DNA of 34,401 bases, taken from assembly GCA_964428485.1 (NCBI GenBank), contig CAYRYP010000004.1:1-34401 (forward strand). The letters are read 5' to 3'. Position 1 is the stretch's first letter; each line of letters begins with the position of its first letter. Source of the stretch: an uncultured Coriobacteriaceae bacterium. Lineage in GTDB: Bacteria > Actinomycetota > Coriobacteriia > Coriobacteriales > CADBOM01. The translations under genes and the position numbers were made by a program. This document shows positions 11,139-20,226 of the stretch, piece by piece. The notes under the pieces were generated by a model that was not told the origin of the DNA, did not search any database, and saw only the letters and a program-made list of their open reading frames with translations.

Positions 11139-11882
11139 CTACCAATCCATTATCATTCCAACACTTGCCGGGATCACAAGATCTGCATTCGCATCGGCAG
11201 ACGTTGGACTCTTGTTGATTATCACGAGCTTATCACCCGAGAAGTAGCGCACGAAGGCCGCTGCCGGGTAGACCACTAGCGACGTACCGGAGATTATCAG
11301 CATGTCTGCGCTAGAGATGGCCTCGAGCGCACGGGAGATGTCGTTCTCGTCGAGAGCTTCCTCGTAGAGGACAACATCAGGCTTGACCGTGCCGCCGCAC
11401 TCGTCGCAGATAGGCACCCCCTCAGATGCGAGCACGTAGCCAAAGTCAAAGAGCTTCCCACATCGCATGCAGAGGTTGCGGTGCATCGACCCATGAAGCT
11501 CGATCACGTTCCTGGAGCCCGCGGCCTGGTGGAGTCCGTCGACGTTCTGGGTTATGACCGCCATAAGCTTGCCCTGCTCCTCGAGCTCAGCGAGCTTTCT
11601 GTGGGCCTGGTTGGGCTTCGCATCGGGGAAAGTCATCGAGTTTCGATAGAAGTCGAAAAACTCCTCGGGATGGGCGTCGAAAAAGCTCCTGGAAACGACC
11701 TCCTCGGGATGCTTGAGGCCGCTGGTAGTGAAGATCCCCTCGGCGCTCCTGAAATCGGGGATGCCGCTCTCGGTAGAAACCCCAGCGCCCCCGAAGAAGA
11801 CTATCCGGTCGTGGGACTGCACCATCTCGATAAACCTGAGCTTGAGCTCCTGGATCTTCTTTTCGTCTATCGCGTCTGCCAT
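11139..11882 (-). CDS. cobB: NAD-dependent protein deacylase (Sir2 family)
   Basis: GAGVSTESGIPDFRS, QNVDGLH and Zn-ribbon cysteines CMRCGK...CDECGG. The start was trimmed from ORF-track 12026 to ATG 11882 (MADAIDEKK), because the longer ORF overlaps the gpsA-like gene. Confidence 0.9.
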   Translation of the reverse strand: MADAIDEKKIQELKLRFIEMVQSHDRIVFFGGAGVSTESGIPDFRSAEGIFTTSGLKHPEEVVSRSFFDAHPEEFFDFYRNSMTFPDAKPNQAHRKLAELEEQGKLMAVITQNVDGLHQAAGSRNVIELHGSMHRNLCMRCGKLFDFGYVLASEGVPICDECGGTVKPDVVLYEEALDENDISRALEAISSADMLIISGTSLVVYPAAAFVRYFSGDKLVIINKSPTSADANADLVIPASVGMIMDW

Positions 11883-11946
11883 GCTGTGCCCCCGTATCCG
11901 AAAACGCGGGCCCGTCGGATTCTTCCACCGGCGAGCCCTACTTGGC

Positions 11947-12936
11947 CTAAGCGATATCGGCCCTCTGTATGTATTCGAGTATATGCTCGATGCCCCCGCC
12001 ATCCGAGAACGCCGTCGAGATCGCATCCATGAACTCGGACTGCACCCCTAGCTTCTCGGCCACGTTGGGCCAGGCGCTTACAACCGACATGCCCTCCACA
12101 GTGTTGGCGGCAAGGTAGTCCTGCGCCTCCGGTGAGGAAAACCCATGCTCGCCTACTATGCGCCCGAACGAGCCGTTTCTGCTCTTCGGGGAGAAGCAGG
12201 TCAGTATCATGTCACCCACGCCAGAGAGGCTCATCGTGGTGGCCCAGGTGCCCCCATCGATGGACTCAAGCATCTTGGCCACATCCATAAGCACCCTCTG
12301 CATCAAAAGGCACTGCGTGGAGATAGGATGCCCATGCCCGTACAGCGCGCCACAAGCGAGAGCGGCGGCGTTTTTTAGGCAGGAGCAGAGAGCGACACCA
12401 TCGGTGTCGTGCGAGCGATCGAGCATAAGGGTCGGATCGTGAGAGAAGGCATCAAGAGCCATCTCGTAGGCTTCGTCATCGAGTGTCGCGAACGTAAAGC
12501 CCACGGGGACGTCGTCGATGATGTCCACGGCGAAGCCGGGACCCGCGAACATCGAGACTCCCCTGCCGAGGATCTCCTCCGCGGCATTCGGAGGCAATGA
12601 TCCATCCGGACACGCACCCTTCGCACCGATCGCAACCTTAGTGCGCTCGTCGAGGAAAGCGGCCATATTCTCGCACACACTCTCGACAAACTCCGCGGTG
12701 CTGAGCACAAACACCATGTCGACCCCGCGTACCGCCTCTTCCATCGAGGTGGTCATGTGGATTCCGGACGGCAGAGGGTGGCCGCCGAGTACCCTGTCGA
12801 TCGAACCCTTCTGCTCATACTCTTCGATCTTCGAGGCGGACTCCGACCACATCACGACCTCGTTGTCGGGCGACATGGACAGCCTGTGAGCTATGGCGAA
12901 ACCAAACGCCCCCGCACCGATGACGCTGACTTTCAT
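11947..12936 (-). CDS. gpsA: NAD(P)H-dependent glycerol-3-phosphate dehydrogenase-like protein (divergent GpsA)
   Basis: Rossmann start MKVSVIGAGAFGFAIA, GPGFAVD, a CLKNAAALACG block (cf. KNV-AIA-G) and GVGDMILTCFSPKSRN (cf. GLGDL-TC-S-SRN). GGAGG SD lies 5 nt upstream of ATG 12936. Several signature positions diverge from canonical GpsA. Confidence 0.7.
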   Translation of the reverse strand: MKVSVIGAGAFGFAIAHRLSMSPDNEVVMWSESASKIEEYEQKGSIDRVLGGHPLPSGIHMTTSMEEAVRGVDMVFVLSTAEFVESVCENMAAFLDERTKVAIGAKGACPDGSLPPNAAEEILGRGVSMFAGPGFAVDIIDDVPVGFTFATLDDEAYEMALDAFSHDPTLMLDRSHDTDGVALCSCLKNAAALACGALYGHGHPISTQCLLMQRVLMDVAKMLESIDGGTWATTMSLSGVGDMILTCFSPKSRNGSFGRIVGEHGFSSPEAQDYLAANTVEGMSVVSAWPNVAEKLGVQSEFMDAISTAFSDGGGIEHILEYIQRADIA

Positions 12937-13190
12937 ATGACCTCCAGTGGATCGTCTGCAAAAATTCGGCACACGCCCGCTCTCGGGAGGGTGCCGTAGG
13001 TGATTCCGGAGTCGATTTTACATTAAGGGCGCTTCGAGAGCAGCAGAAGGGCGGAGATAGCCCCACACCACCGGATCCACATCGTTCGCTCATCTCGCGT
13101 TCTTCATCCATCCGGCCCTGCATTCAGATGGATGGACAAGCGCGCGGGCCCGCGCCCGGCAGACTCGCGCTCGTTGGAAAGCCGCGCCGA

Positions 13191-13199
13191 TGGTATAAC
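13191..13199 (+). promoter_or_regulatory. Candidate extended -10 promoter element (TGgTATAAC) for ecfA-ecfT
   Basis: TGGTATAAC matches TGnTATAAT at 8 of 9 positions. It lies about 55 nt upstream of the ecfA ATG. No good -35 element was seen. Pattern match only. Confidence 0.35.
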
Positions 13200-13252
13200 C
13201 GATTAGTCGGGAGAACTGCTGTCCATGGGCCGTTTCGGCCAGAAGGGCGCGC

Positions 13253-15127
13253 ATGTCCACAGAGCAGGAACCATACTGCAAAGAGAATCCTGGAAAGTCC
13301 TCTGCCGCCAGCAACGACAGCGGCTCGAGAGAGGCGGTGTGCGGGGAGGTGGCGATCCGGTTCGACGGGGTCTCCTTTTCCTACGGTCAGGATGGTCCAA
13401 AGGCCCTCGACGGCGTAGATCTGGTAGTCCCAAGAGGGCAGCTGCTCGCAGTCGTTGGTCCCAACGGCTCTGGAAAGTCCACCCTCGCAAGACACATCAA
13501 CGGTCTACTTGTGCCCGAATCGGGTACCGTGAGCGTTCTTGGGGCGAGCACATCTGTTGCCGGGAATCTGCCGCGCATACGCGAATCCGTAGGCATGGTC
13601 ATGCAAGACCCCGATTCTCAAATCGTGGCGACTCTGGCCGCAGACGACGTCGCATTCGGTCCGGAGAATCTGGGACTTCCCAGAGAGGAGATCGCAAAGC
13701 GCGTCCGAGAATCCCTCGAGGCTGTAGGGATGCTAGAATTCGCGGAGGCGAGCGCTGATAGGCTGTCTGGCGGCCAGAAACAGAGGATCTCAATCGCGGC
13801 GGCCCTCGCGATGCACCCAGAGGTGATGGTGCTCGACGAGCCCACCGCCATGCTCGACCCCGAGGGACGCGCCGAGGTCATGTCGATAGTGGACAGGCTA
13901 TCGGAGTCGGGTGCAACCATCGTATTCGTAACGCATTCCGCCGAAGAGGCGATGAGGGCAGACCGCGTGATAGCGCTGTCAGGCGGCTGCATCGTCGCCG
14001 ATGGCACACCTGCCAGCGTGCTCGGGAACGAGAAAGCGATGGCGGAAATCTCCCTCACACAGCCTTTCTGTCTGAGAATGGCATCAAAGTTGCGCCGACT
14101 GGGGGTTCGACTCGATGGAGATCCCAAGAGCTCCGAAGAGCTCGCCGAAATGCTGTCGAGGACCCACCTGGAGACAACCCCAGAAAGCGCAGGGCCGGCA
14201 GACTCCCTCGAAACGCTTGAAGAGGAGCGTTTTTCCGAGCGTCCTACCACACTCCAAACCCATCGAACCGACGCAGCCGGCTGCATCCGTTTCGAAGATG
14301 TGAGTATGTGCTACGACGCGGACGGAAGAAAGGTGTGCGCACTCGACGGGATCAACGTGGAACTCCCCAGAAGCTCATTTACCTGCGTGATCGGAAGGAC
14401 CGGATCGGGAAAGTCCACGCTACTCCAATGCGTAAACGGCCTCGTCATGCCGCAGAGCGGGTCTGTGAGCGTAGACGGCACCGGGATTCAAACCTCTGAG
14501 GACAAGGCAGCCATACGCAAAAGCGTAGGGATGTCGTTCCAGTTCCCAGAAAACCAGCTGTTCGAGTCCACCGTGGAGGCCGACATTGCATTCGGGCCGA
14601 GAAACGCTGGAATGGAAGAGGCTGAGATCGCGGATCGGGTGCGCTGGGCGATGACATCCGTTGGCCTAGACCCCGACGAACTGTCCCTCAGATCGCCCTT
14701 CGAACTCTCGGTGGGACAGCAGAGGCGCGTTGCCATCGCAGGATCAATCGCAACGATGCCCTCCTATCTCGTCCTAGACGAGCCCACAAGCGGCCTCGAC
14801 CCCGCCGGTGCCCACTCCCTGATGGCGCTTCTCGCAAGGCTACACAAAGAGGGCATGGGCATAGTCATGGTCACACACGACATGGATGCAGTCGCTCGGT
14901 GGGCCACGGACGTCGTGGTGCTCGACGGGGGCAGGATCGTCATGCAGGGAGATCCCGAGGAGGTCTTCTCGCGTCCGGACGAGGTTGCTGCGGCCGGACT
15001 CTCGCTGCCATCGGGCGTGGAGCTTGCCAGAAGATGCAGGTGCTTCGGCTTCTCGGCCGACCTCTCATCATGCCTAGACGAGGACTCGCTCGCAGTAGAG
15101 CTCGCCAGATGGATCGGGGGGCACTGA
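13253..15127 (+). CDS. ecfA: Energy-coupling factor (ECF) transporter ATPase, fused EcfA1-EcfA2 (two ABC domains)
   Basis: Two complete ABC cassettes. The first has GPNGSGKST / LSGGQKQRISIA / VLDEPT. The second has GRTGSGKST / LSVGQQRRVAIA / VLDEPTSGLD. They are joined by an acidic/Pro/Thr-rich linker of about 60 aa. GAAGGG SD is upstream. Confidence 0.92.
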   Translation: MSTEQEPYCKENPGKSSAASNDSGSREAVCGEVAIRFDGVSFSYGQDGPKALDGVDLVVPRGQLLAVVGPNGSGKSTLARHINGLLVPESGTVSVLGASTSVAGNLPRIRESVGMVMQDPDSQIVATLAADDVAFGPENLGLPREEIAKRVRESLEAVGMLEFAEASADRLSGGQKQRISIAAALAMHPEVMVLDEPTAMLDPEGRAEVMSIVDRLSESGATIVFVTHSAEEAMRADRVIALSGGCIVADGTPASVLGNEKAMAEISLTQPFCLRMASKLRRLGVRLDGDPKSSEELAEMLSRTHLETTPESAGPADSLETLEEERFSERPTTLQTHRTDAAGCIRFEDVSMCYDADGRKVCALDGINVELPRSSFTCVIGRTGSGKSTLLQCVNGLVMPQSGSVSVDGTGIQTSEDKAAIRKSVGMSFQFPENQLFESTVEADIAFGPRNAGMEEAEIADRVRWAMTSVGLDPDELSLRSPFELSVGQQRRVAIAGSIATMPSYLVLDEPTSGLDPAGAHSLMALLARLHKEGMGIVMVTHDMDAVARWATDVVVLDGGRIVMQGDPEEVFSRPDEVAAAGLSLPSGVELARRCRCFGFSADLSSCLDEDSLAVELARWIGGH

Positions 15128-15129
15128 GG

Positions 15130-15918
15130 ATGCAGAGGTTGTCCTTTGGGATGTTCTACAACATCGACTCCCCCATCCATCGCATGGATCCGAGGGTCAA
15201 GATCCACCTGTTCATCGCATATGCGGTGGCTGCGTTTCTAATAGACGGCCCGCTGGGCATGCTGGCGATGGCAGCGTTGCTGGCAGTCGCAGTCGGCATG
15301 TCAAGGATTCCCGTAATAAGACTTCTGGGAACCATGCGTGGATGCTGGATAGTCTTTCTCTTCCCACTTCTGTTCAACCTGTTCATCCCGGAGGGAAACG
15401 TACTCGCAAGTGCAGGTTTTATCACGATCACCGATCTCGGGGTGTATCGGGCGGTATTCTTCACCGTGCGCCTGATGCTGGTGTTCACCGCCGCCTCGCT
15501 GATGATGCTCACGATATCCGCGCTGAGGTTCTGCGATGCTGCGGAGTACCTCATGAAGCCGTTCTCGAAGCTCGGCGCCCCCACCGAGGACATCTCAATG
15601 ATCGTCTCGATAGCGGTGAGATTCATCCCCACGATGGGAGAGGAGTTCGCCACGATCCGAAACGCTCAGGCGGCTCGCGGAGCCGTGTTCGACCAGGGCG
15701 GCCCGATCAGGCGCGCCAAAGCGCTGATCCCCGTGTTGGCACCGCTTCTGGTCGCAACCGCAAGACGCACGGAGAACCTTGCGATGGCCATGGAGTCGCG
15801 CTGCTACGGATGCGGCAGAAAGCGCACGCGCTACCGGCAGCTAAAGACCCGGCCGTCGGACTGGGTCGCTATCGTAGTGATGGCGGTGTTTCTCGTGGCA
15901 GCAATCATCTGGCTGTAG
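15130..15918 (+). CDS. ecfT: ECF transporter transmembrane component EcfT
   Basis: Multi-TM protein with the coupling motifs IRNAQAARG and ATARRTENLAMAMESR. The start was trimmed to ATG 15130 (MQRLSFGMF...), 2 nt after the ecfA stop. The ORF-track start at 14899 overlaps ecfA. Confidence 0.88.
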   Translation: MQRLSFGMFYNIDSPIHRMDPRVKIHLFIAYAVAAFLIDGPLGMLAMAALLAVAVGMSRIPVIRLLGTMRGCWIVFLFPLLFNLFIPEGNVLASAGFITITDLGVYRAVFFTVRLMLVFTAASLMMLTISALRFCDAAEYLMKPFSKLGAPTEDISMIVSIAVRFIPTMGEEFATIRNAQAARGAVFDQGGPIRRAKALIPVLAPLLVATARRTENLAMAMESRCYGCGRKRTRYRQLKTRPSDWVAIVVMAVFLVAAIIWL

Positions 15919-15945
15919 GGTGATTCCGGTCCAGACCACGTTAGG

Positions 15946-16515
15946 TTAGGACTGCGTGTGGTACCTGAGCATCGCCGCGTCAACTCCCTCGCGCGCTGCG
16001 TAGATCGCGGCCTCGGCGGCGAGCGCCATGGTGGCTAGGAAGTCTTCCTGGGACGACTTGGGGATCTTAGCGAGCACGTAGGCAGCGCTGTCCATCCTGC
16101 CGGGCGGGCGACCGATCCCAATCTTGAGGCGCGCGAACTCATTGCCGATGGCCGCGCAGATCGAGCGGATGCCGTTGTGGCCACCGTGGCCACCCTTGTG
16201 CTTGAAGCGGATCTCGCCCGCAGGCAGGTCGAGGTCGTCGTGAATCACGAGGATCTCGCCGGGCTTGACCCCGTTTCGCTTCATGACATGCGAGATCGGT
16301 CCGCCAGAGCAGTTCATGAACGCCTGCGGCTTGACCAGCAGCAGTTCCTCCCCATCGAGGCGGCACAGTCCAACCTGACACCCATCCTGGTTCTTCCAGT
16401 AACTTGCACCAAGCTCCTCCGCAATGCGGTCGACGGTGAGAAAGCCGCAGTTGTGCCTTGTCATCTCGTATTCAGGGCCGGGGTTTCCCAGCCCCGCTAT
16501 GAGCCTGATCCCCAC
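15946..16515 (-). CDS. pth: Peptidyl-tRNA hydrolase
   Basis: LIAGLGNPGPEYEMTRHNCGF, HDDLDLPAG and GGHGGHNG motifs. GTG start at 16515, close behind the prs stop at 16520-16522. Confidence 0.93.
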   Translation of the reverse strand: MGIRLIAGLGNPGPEYEMTRHNCGFLTVDRIAEELGASYWKNQDGCQVGLCRLDGEELLLVKPQAFMNCSGGPISHVMKRNGVKPGEILVIHDDLDLPAGEIRFKHKGGHGGHNGIRSICAAIGNEFARLKIGIGRPPGRMDSAAYVLAKIPKSSQEDFLATMALAAEAAIYAAREGVDAAMLRYHTQS

Positions 16516-16519
16516 GTCC

Positions 16520-17479
16520 CTAGAGAGCGAAGTCGGGGTCGAAGAGCCCAGAGACCGACTCCTCGTTGAAAATGTTGAGGATGGCCCTGCCTAGAAGCGG
16601 TGCCACGGAGATCACGTGGAACTTCTCCCCGGCATCCGCCGGCAGCGGTATCGTGTCGCAGACGACCACCTCAACTGCGGGGCAGTCAGTAAGGCGCTGA
16701 ATGGCGGGGTCGGAGAAGATGCCGTGGGTTGCACACATGTGGACGCTGGCAGCACCCGCGTCCATGAGCGCCTTCGCACCGGCAGTGATGGTTCCGGCGG
16801 TGTCGATCATGTCGTCGTTGATGATGCAGTTCTTGCCCTCCACGTCACCGATAACCGCAGAGACCTCGGCCATGTTGTGCTTCGGGCGACTTTTGTGCAT
16901 GATCGCGAGATCGGAGTTCAGCAGGTCGGCCAGCTTCTTGGCGGCCTTTGCTCTTCCCACGTCGGGGGAGACCACACAGAGGTTGTCGATGCCCTTCGAG
17001 GCGAAGTAGTCCGCGAACAGCGGAAGTGCCGTGAGATGGTTCACCGGAATGTCGAAGAAACCCTGGATCTGACCCTGATGGAGATCAAGAGCGGTGACCC
17101 TGTCGACGCCGGAGACGGTGAGCAGGTTGGCAACGAGCTTAGCGGTGATGGGTTCGCGTGCCGCGCTCTTGCGGTCCTGCCTGGAGTAGCCGTAATGGGA
17201 GATGACGGCGGTGACCGACCTCGCGGAGGCCCTCTTGGCGGCGTCGGTCATGATCAGAAGCTCCATGAGCGAGTCGTTAACCTCACCCGCCACGGACTGC
17301 ACGATGAAAACGTCCGCCCCTCGAACGCTCTCTAAAAACCTAGCGTAGATCTCGCCGTTAGCGAACTTCTCGAGTCTGACCTTCCCGAGACCTACCCCGA
17401 TCTCCTTGGAGATCTTCTCGGCTAGCTCCACGTTGCTGCTCCCACTGAAGAGCATCAGTTTCTTAGAAACCGCGTCCAT
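16520..17479 (-). CDS. prs: Ribose-phosphate pyrophosphokinase
   Basis: LFSGSSN, ANGEIY, YSRQDRK and the DDMIDTAGT PRPP-binding loop. GGGAGGA SD lies 3 nt upstream of ATG 17479. Confidence 0.95.
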   Translation of the reverse strand: MDAVSKKLMLFSGSSNVELAEKISKEIGVGLGKVRLEKFANGEIYARFLESVRGADVFIVQSVAGEVNDSLMELLIMTDAAKRASARSVTAVISHYGYSRQDRKSAAREPITAKLVANLLTVSGVDRVTALDLHQGQIQGFFDIPVNHLTALPLFADYFASKGIDNLCVVSPDVGRAKAAKKLADLLNSDLAIMHKSRPKHNMAEVSAVIGDVEGKNCIINDDMIDTAGTITAGAKALMDAGAASVHMCATHGIFSDPAIQRLTDCPAVEVVVCDTIPLPADAGEKFHVISVAPLLGRAILNIFNEESVSGLFDPDFAL

Positions 17480-17554
17480 TTGTCCTCCCGTTTTGCCGAA
17501 CCTGTTTCCCCATTGGAAGCACCCGCAGAGCGCCCTTCCATCGATGTTTAAAGA

Positions 17555-18916
17555 TTAACGCTTGTTGCGTTTTCGCCAACCCAGCACGTTCCTCTGTTTC
17601 TGGCGGGCGATGCCTAGGGCCCCGTCCGGGACATCGTGCGTGATCGTCGATCCCGCGCCGATGATGACGTTGCTGCCGATGTTCACTGGGGCCACCATCA
17701 TCGTGTCCGATCCGATGAATGCGCCGTCCCCGATGGTGGTGGGTTGCTTGCTCTGCCCGTCGTAGTTGCATGTGATCGAGCCGGCCCCGATGTTGACGTC
17801 CCTTCCGATGGTGGTATCGCCGATGTAGCTAAGATGGGGCACCTTAGAGCCAGGCCCTACGGTGGACTTCTTTATCTCCACATGGGTGCCAGCCTTGGAG
17901 CCCTCGCACATGTGTGTGCCGGAGCGCAGATAGGCGCGCGGCCCGCAGGAGACGCCGTCGTCGAGAACAGCCTCTATCACCACGGACTCGTCCACCACGC
18001 AGTCTCTCCCGACCACAGTGTCGGTGATCCTCGTGTTAGGTCCGATCCTCGAACCCGAGGCCACCTTTGTGGTACCCATCAGGAAGGTCATCGGCCAGAT
18101 CTCCACGTCCGGTTCGACCTCCACGTCAGGGCCGATCCAGACCATCTCGGGTGCGATCATCGTGACCCCCGAGAGCATGAGCGAGTCGTTGATACGGCGC
18201 TGCATATAGGCCTGAGCCTCGGCGAGCTGCCTGCGGTCGTTGATGCCGAGAGCCTCCGAGGGATCATCGGCCACGACAGCCGTCACCGGGGTGCCATCCG
18301 ATACCATCAGCGCCACCACGTCGGTCAGATAGTACTCACCCTGGGCGTTGTTGTTGCCGAGGCGCCCGAGGCACTCCAGGAGGGCATCGGAGTCGAAGCA
18401 ATACATACCACTGTTTACCTCGCGAACCTCAGCCTCCTGCGGCGTGCAGTCCTTCTGCTCGACGATACGCACGACCGTCCCCTCAGAGTCGCGGATGACC
18501 CTACCGTAGCCGGTTGGATCGTCGGCGATGTTGGTGAGCACAACCGCCCCTGCACCGGTGGACGACTGCATCTCTACAAGATTGGAGATAGTCTCGGGGC
18601 GAATCATCGGGCAGTCCCCAGACAGCACCACCACGGGTCCGTGCAGGCCGGCTAGCTGCTCAGACGCCATCATCACGGCATGGCCCGTCCCCAACTGCTC
18701 GTGCTGCACGGCTATCTGGCAGTCGGAGACGATGGACTCGACCTCCTCGCGGCCATGTCCCAACACGCATACCACGTTGTCGCACCCAGCTGTGCGCGCG
18801 GCGTCGACGACCCATCTCACCAGCGGCTTTCCGAGCATCTCAAAGGCCACCTTGGAGCGCGACGACTTCATGCGGGTGCCGCTCCCAGCGGCGAGAATCA
18901 GAGCCGTTGCCTGCAT
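17555..18916 (-). CDS. glmU: Bifunctional UDP-N-acetylglucosamine pyrophosphorylase / GlcN-1-P N-acetyltransferase GlmU
   Basis: ILAAGSGTRMKS nucleotidyltransferase motif, followed by a left-handed beta-helix hexapeptide-repeat C-terminal half. The start was trimmed to ATG 18916 (MQATALIL), which has an AAGGAG SD. The ORF-track start at 19060 has no support. Confidence 0.93.
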   Translation of the reverse strand: MQATALILAAGSGTRMKSSRSKVAFEMLGKPLVRWVVDAARTAGCDNVVCVLGHGREEVESIVSDCQIAVQHEQLGTGHAVMMASEQLAGLHGPVVVLSGDCPMIRPETISNLVEMQSSTGAGAVVLTNIADDPTGYGRVIRDSEGTVVRIVEQKDCTPQEAEVREVNSGMYCFDSDALLECLGRLGNNNAQGEYYLTDVVALMVSDGTPVTAVVADDPSEALGINDRRQLAEAQAYMQRRINDSLMLSGVTMIAPEMVWIGPDVEVEPDVEIWPMTFLMGTTKVASGSRIGPNTRITDTVVGRDCVVDESVVIEAVLDDGVSCGPRAYLRSGTHMCEGSKAGTHVEIKKSTVGPGSKVPHLSYIGDTTIGRDVNIGAGSITCNYDGQSKQPTTIGDGAFIGSDTMMVAPVNIGSNVIIGAGSTITHDVPDGALGIARQKQRNVLGWRKRNKR

Positions 18917-19097
18917 GGAACTCCTTTCCAAAACCCGCGGAGGCCAGATGGGAACCGGATACACCGAGCGGCCTTCGCGAAGTGTGTCTGCACAGGTCTG
19001 ATTATAATGCTTGGCCCCACACGTGATCGTCCCTCGAAGGGCCACGGCAGGCGGGGCCACTCTGTTCTAGCGCATGGGGAAAGAAGAAAGAAAAAGG

Positions 19098-19172
19098 TGG
19101 CTGGGGTACTAGGATTCGAACCCAGATAACTGGCACCAAAAGCCAGAGTCCTAACCATTGGACGATACCCCA
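19098..19172 (-). tRNA. tRNA-Gln (anticodon TTG)
   Basis: The reverse complement folds as a cloverleaf: TGGGGTA/TACCCCA acceptor stem, GTCC..GGAC D stem, CTGGC-TTTTGGT-GCCAG anticodon arm (anticodon TTG), GGTTCGAATCC T-loop, and an encoded CCA. Length 75 nt. Confidence 0.92.
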
Positions 19173-19218
19173 GTCTCACGACATGTGGAGTTTATCATAG
19201 GGATACCGAGCGTCACCG

Positions 19219-20226
19219 CTATGCTCGGTTGTCGTGGCGGAAATCCTGGGCGCCGGCGCCAAAAGAGACACTCTCACACGCGGTGGCCCAAAAGTCCATC
19301 TCCTGCATCTTACGAGAGGCGGCCTCAGCGCTCTCCCTGCTGTCGCAGATAGCGAAGACCGCCGATCCGCTGCCGGAGAGCCTCGAGCCCAGCACGCCGT
19401 CACAGCCCGATAGTGCTTCAAGGAGATCGCCTATTCCTGGCATGAGCGAGATCGCAGGAATCTCGAGACTGTTGGCGAGAAGGGATGCGATGCGGCTGGA
19501 CACGGTGCGCCCATCCCTTGCACCCCCTGCTCCCCCACCTCCGGCTTCGAGCAGCTCCACCATAGCGGAGATGCAGGCGTAGATCCTACTGTAGGCGTCG
19601 TTGGAATCACCTGAGATTCGGTCGAACTCGTTGTAGACACTCGGCGTCGAGAGTCCCTCGTCAGGGCGCGCGATTACCATGTGCATCGGGACGGAGGAGA
19701 GTTTTCTCGACACCCTGTCTCCAAAGCCATCCAAAAGCGCACATCCGCCCTCGAGGAAGAACGCCACGTCGCTTCCCAGAATCCTGGCCGTATCGATCGC
19801 CTCCGGTCCCCTCGGGTCGAACCCGTAGAGCCTAGCGGTCAGCGCGATCGCGGCCGCACAATCGGAGGAGCCGCCACCGAGACCGGCCTGTGAGGGTATA
19901 GCTTTGTCGATCTTGAAGCTCACATGATGCGAGAGCTCCACGTCGGCGATCCTGCAGAACTCCACGACGGCCCGGTAGACCAGGTTGTCCTCCACTGGGA
20001 TGTCCTCAGCAACGACGCCGCCCACCCCGTGCATCGACACCTCGATATCGGGATCGCCCGGCACGGCCACAAAGGCGATCTTGTCGCAAAGCGACACAGC
20101 TTGCATGACCGTCGAGAGCGGATGTTTGCCGCCCTCTACCCTACCCTCAACGCAAAGCGCAAGATTGACCTTCGCGGGTGCCAGCACGTCGAGTTTCAGC
20201 GCGCCGCCGGCAACATGTCCCGTCAT
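19219..20226 (-). CDS. ispE: 4-diphosphocytidyl-2-C-methyl-D-erythritol kinase IspE
   Basis: APAKVNLAL N-terminus and the GHMP-kinase motif PSQAGLGGGSSDCAAA. At 335 aa it is longer than usual and contains a Gly/Ala-rich insertion (EAGGGGAGGARDG). The ATG overlaps the tadA stop (ATGA). Confidence 0.88.
   Translation of the reverse strand: MTGHVAGGALKLDVLAPAKVNLALCVEGRVEGGKHPLSTVMQAVSLCDKIAFVAVPGDPDIEVSMHGVGGVVAEDIPVEDNLVYRAVVEFCRIADVELSHHVSFKIDKAIPSQAGLGGGSSDCAAAIALTARLYGFDPRGPEAIDTARILGSDVAFFLEGGCALLDGFGDRVSRKLSSVPMHMVIARPDEGLSTPSVYNEFDRISGDSNDAYSRIYACISAMVELLEAGGGGAGGARDGRTVSSRIASLLANSLEIPAISLMPGIGDLLEALSGCDGVLGSRLSGSGSAVFAICDSRESAEAASRKMQEMDFWATACESVSFGAGAQDFRHDNRA

Noticed and set aside
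11883-12026. N-terminal extensions implied by the ORF-track starts: cobB 12026, gpsA 12972, glmU 19060, corrinoid protein 21714, coaX 27708, MATE 29251, panC 30311, queD 30302, ecfT 14899, DedA 915, copA 33638, groEL 26191.
   Set aside because: The extended parts are Arg/Pro/Ser-rich and overlap neighbouring genes or intergenic promoters. They also precede an internal ATG that has a proper SD and matches the N-terminus typical of the family. I used the internal starts.
17636-18655. 339-aa + strand ORF antisense to glmU. The same class includes 4179..4889, 7196..7993, 9669..10406, 13618..14286 and 16616..17335.
   Set aside because: All lie within or opposite strongly supported genes. They have Arg/Gly/His/Asp-rich, non-protein-like sequences and lack ribosome-binding sites. 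They are artefacts of stop-codon scarcity at high GC.
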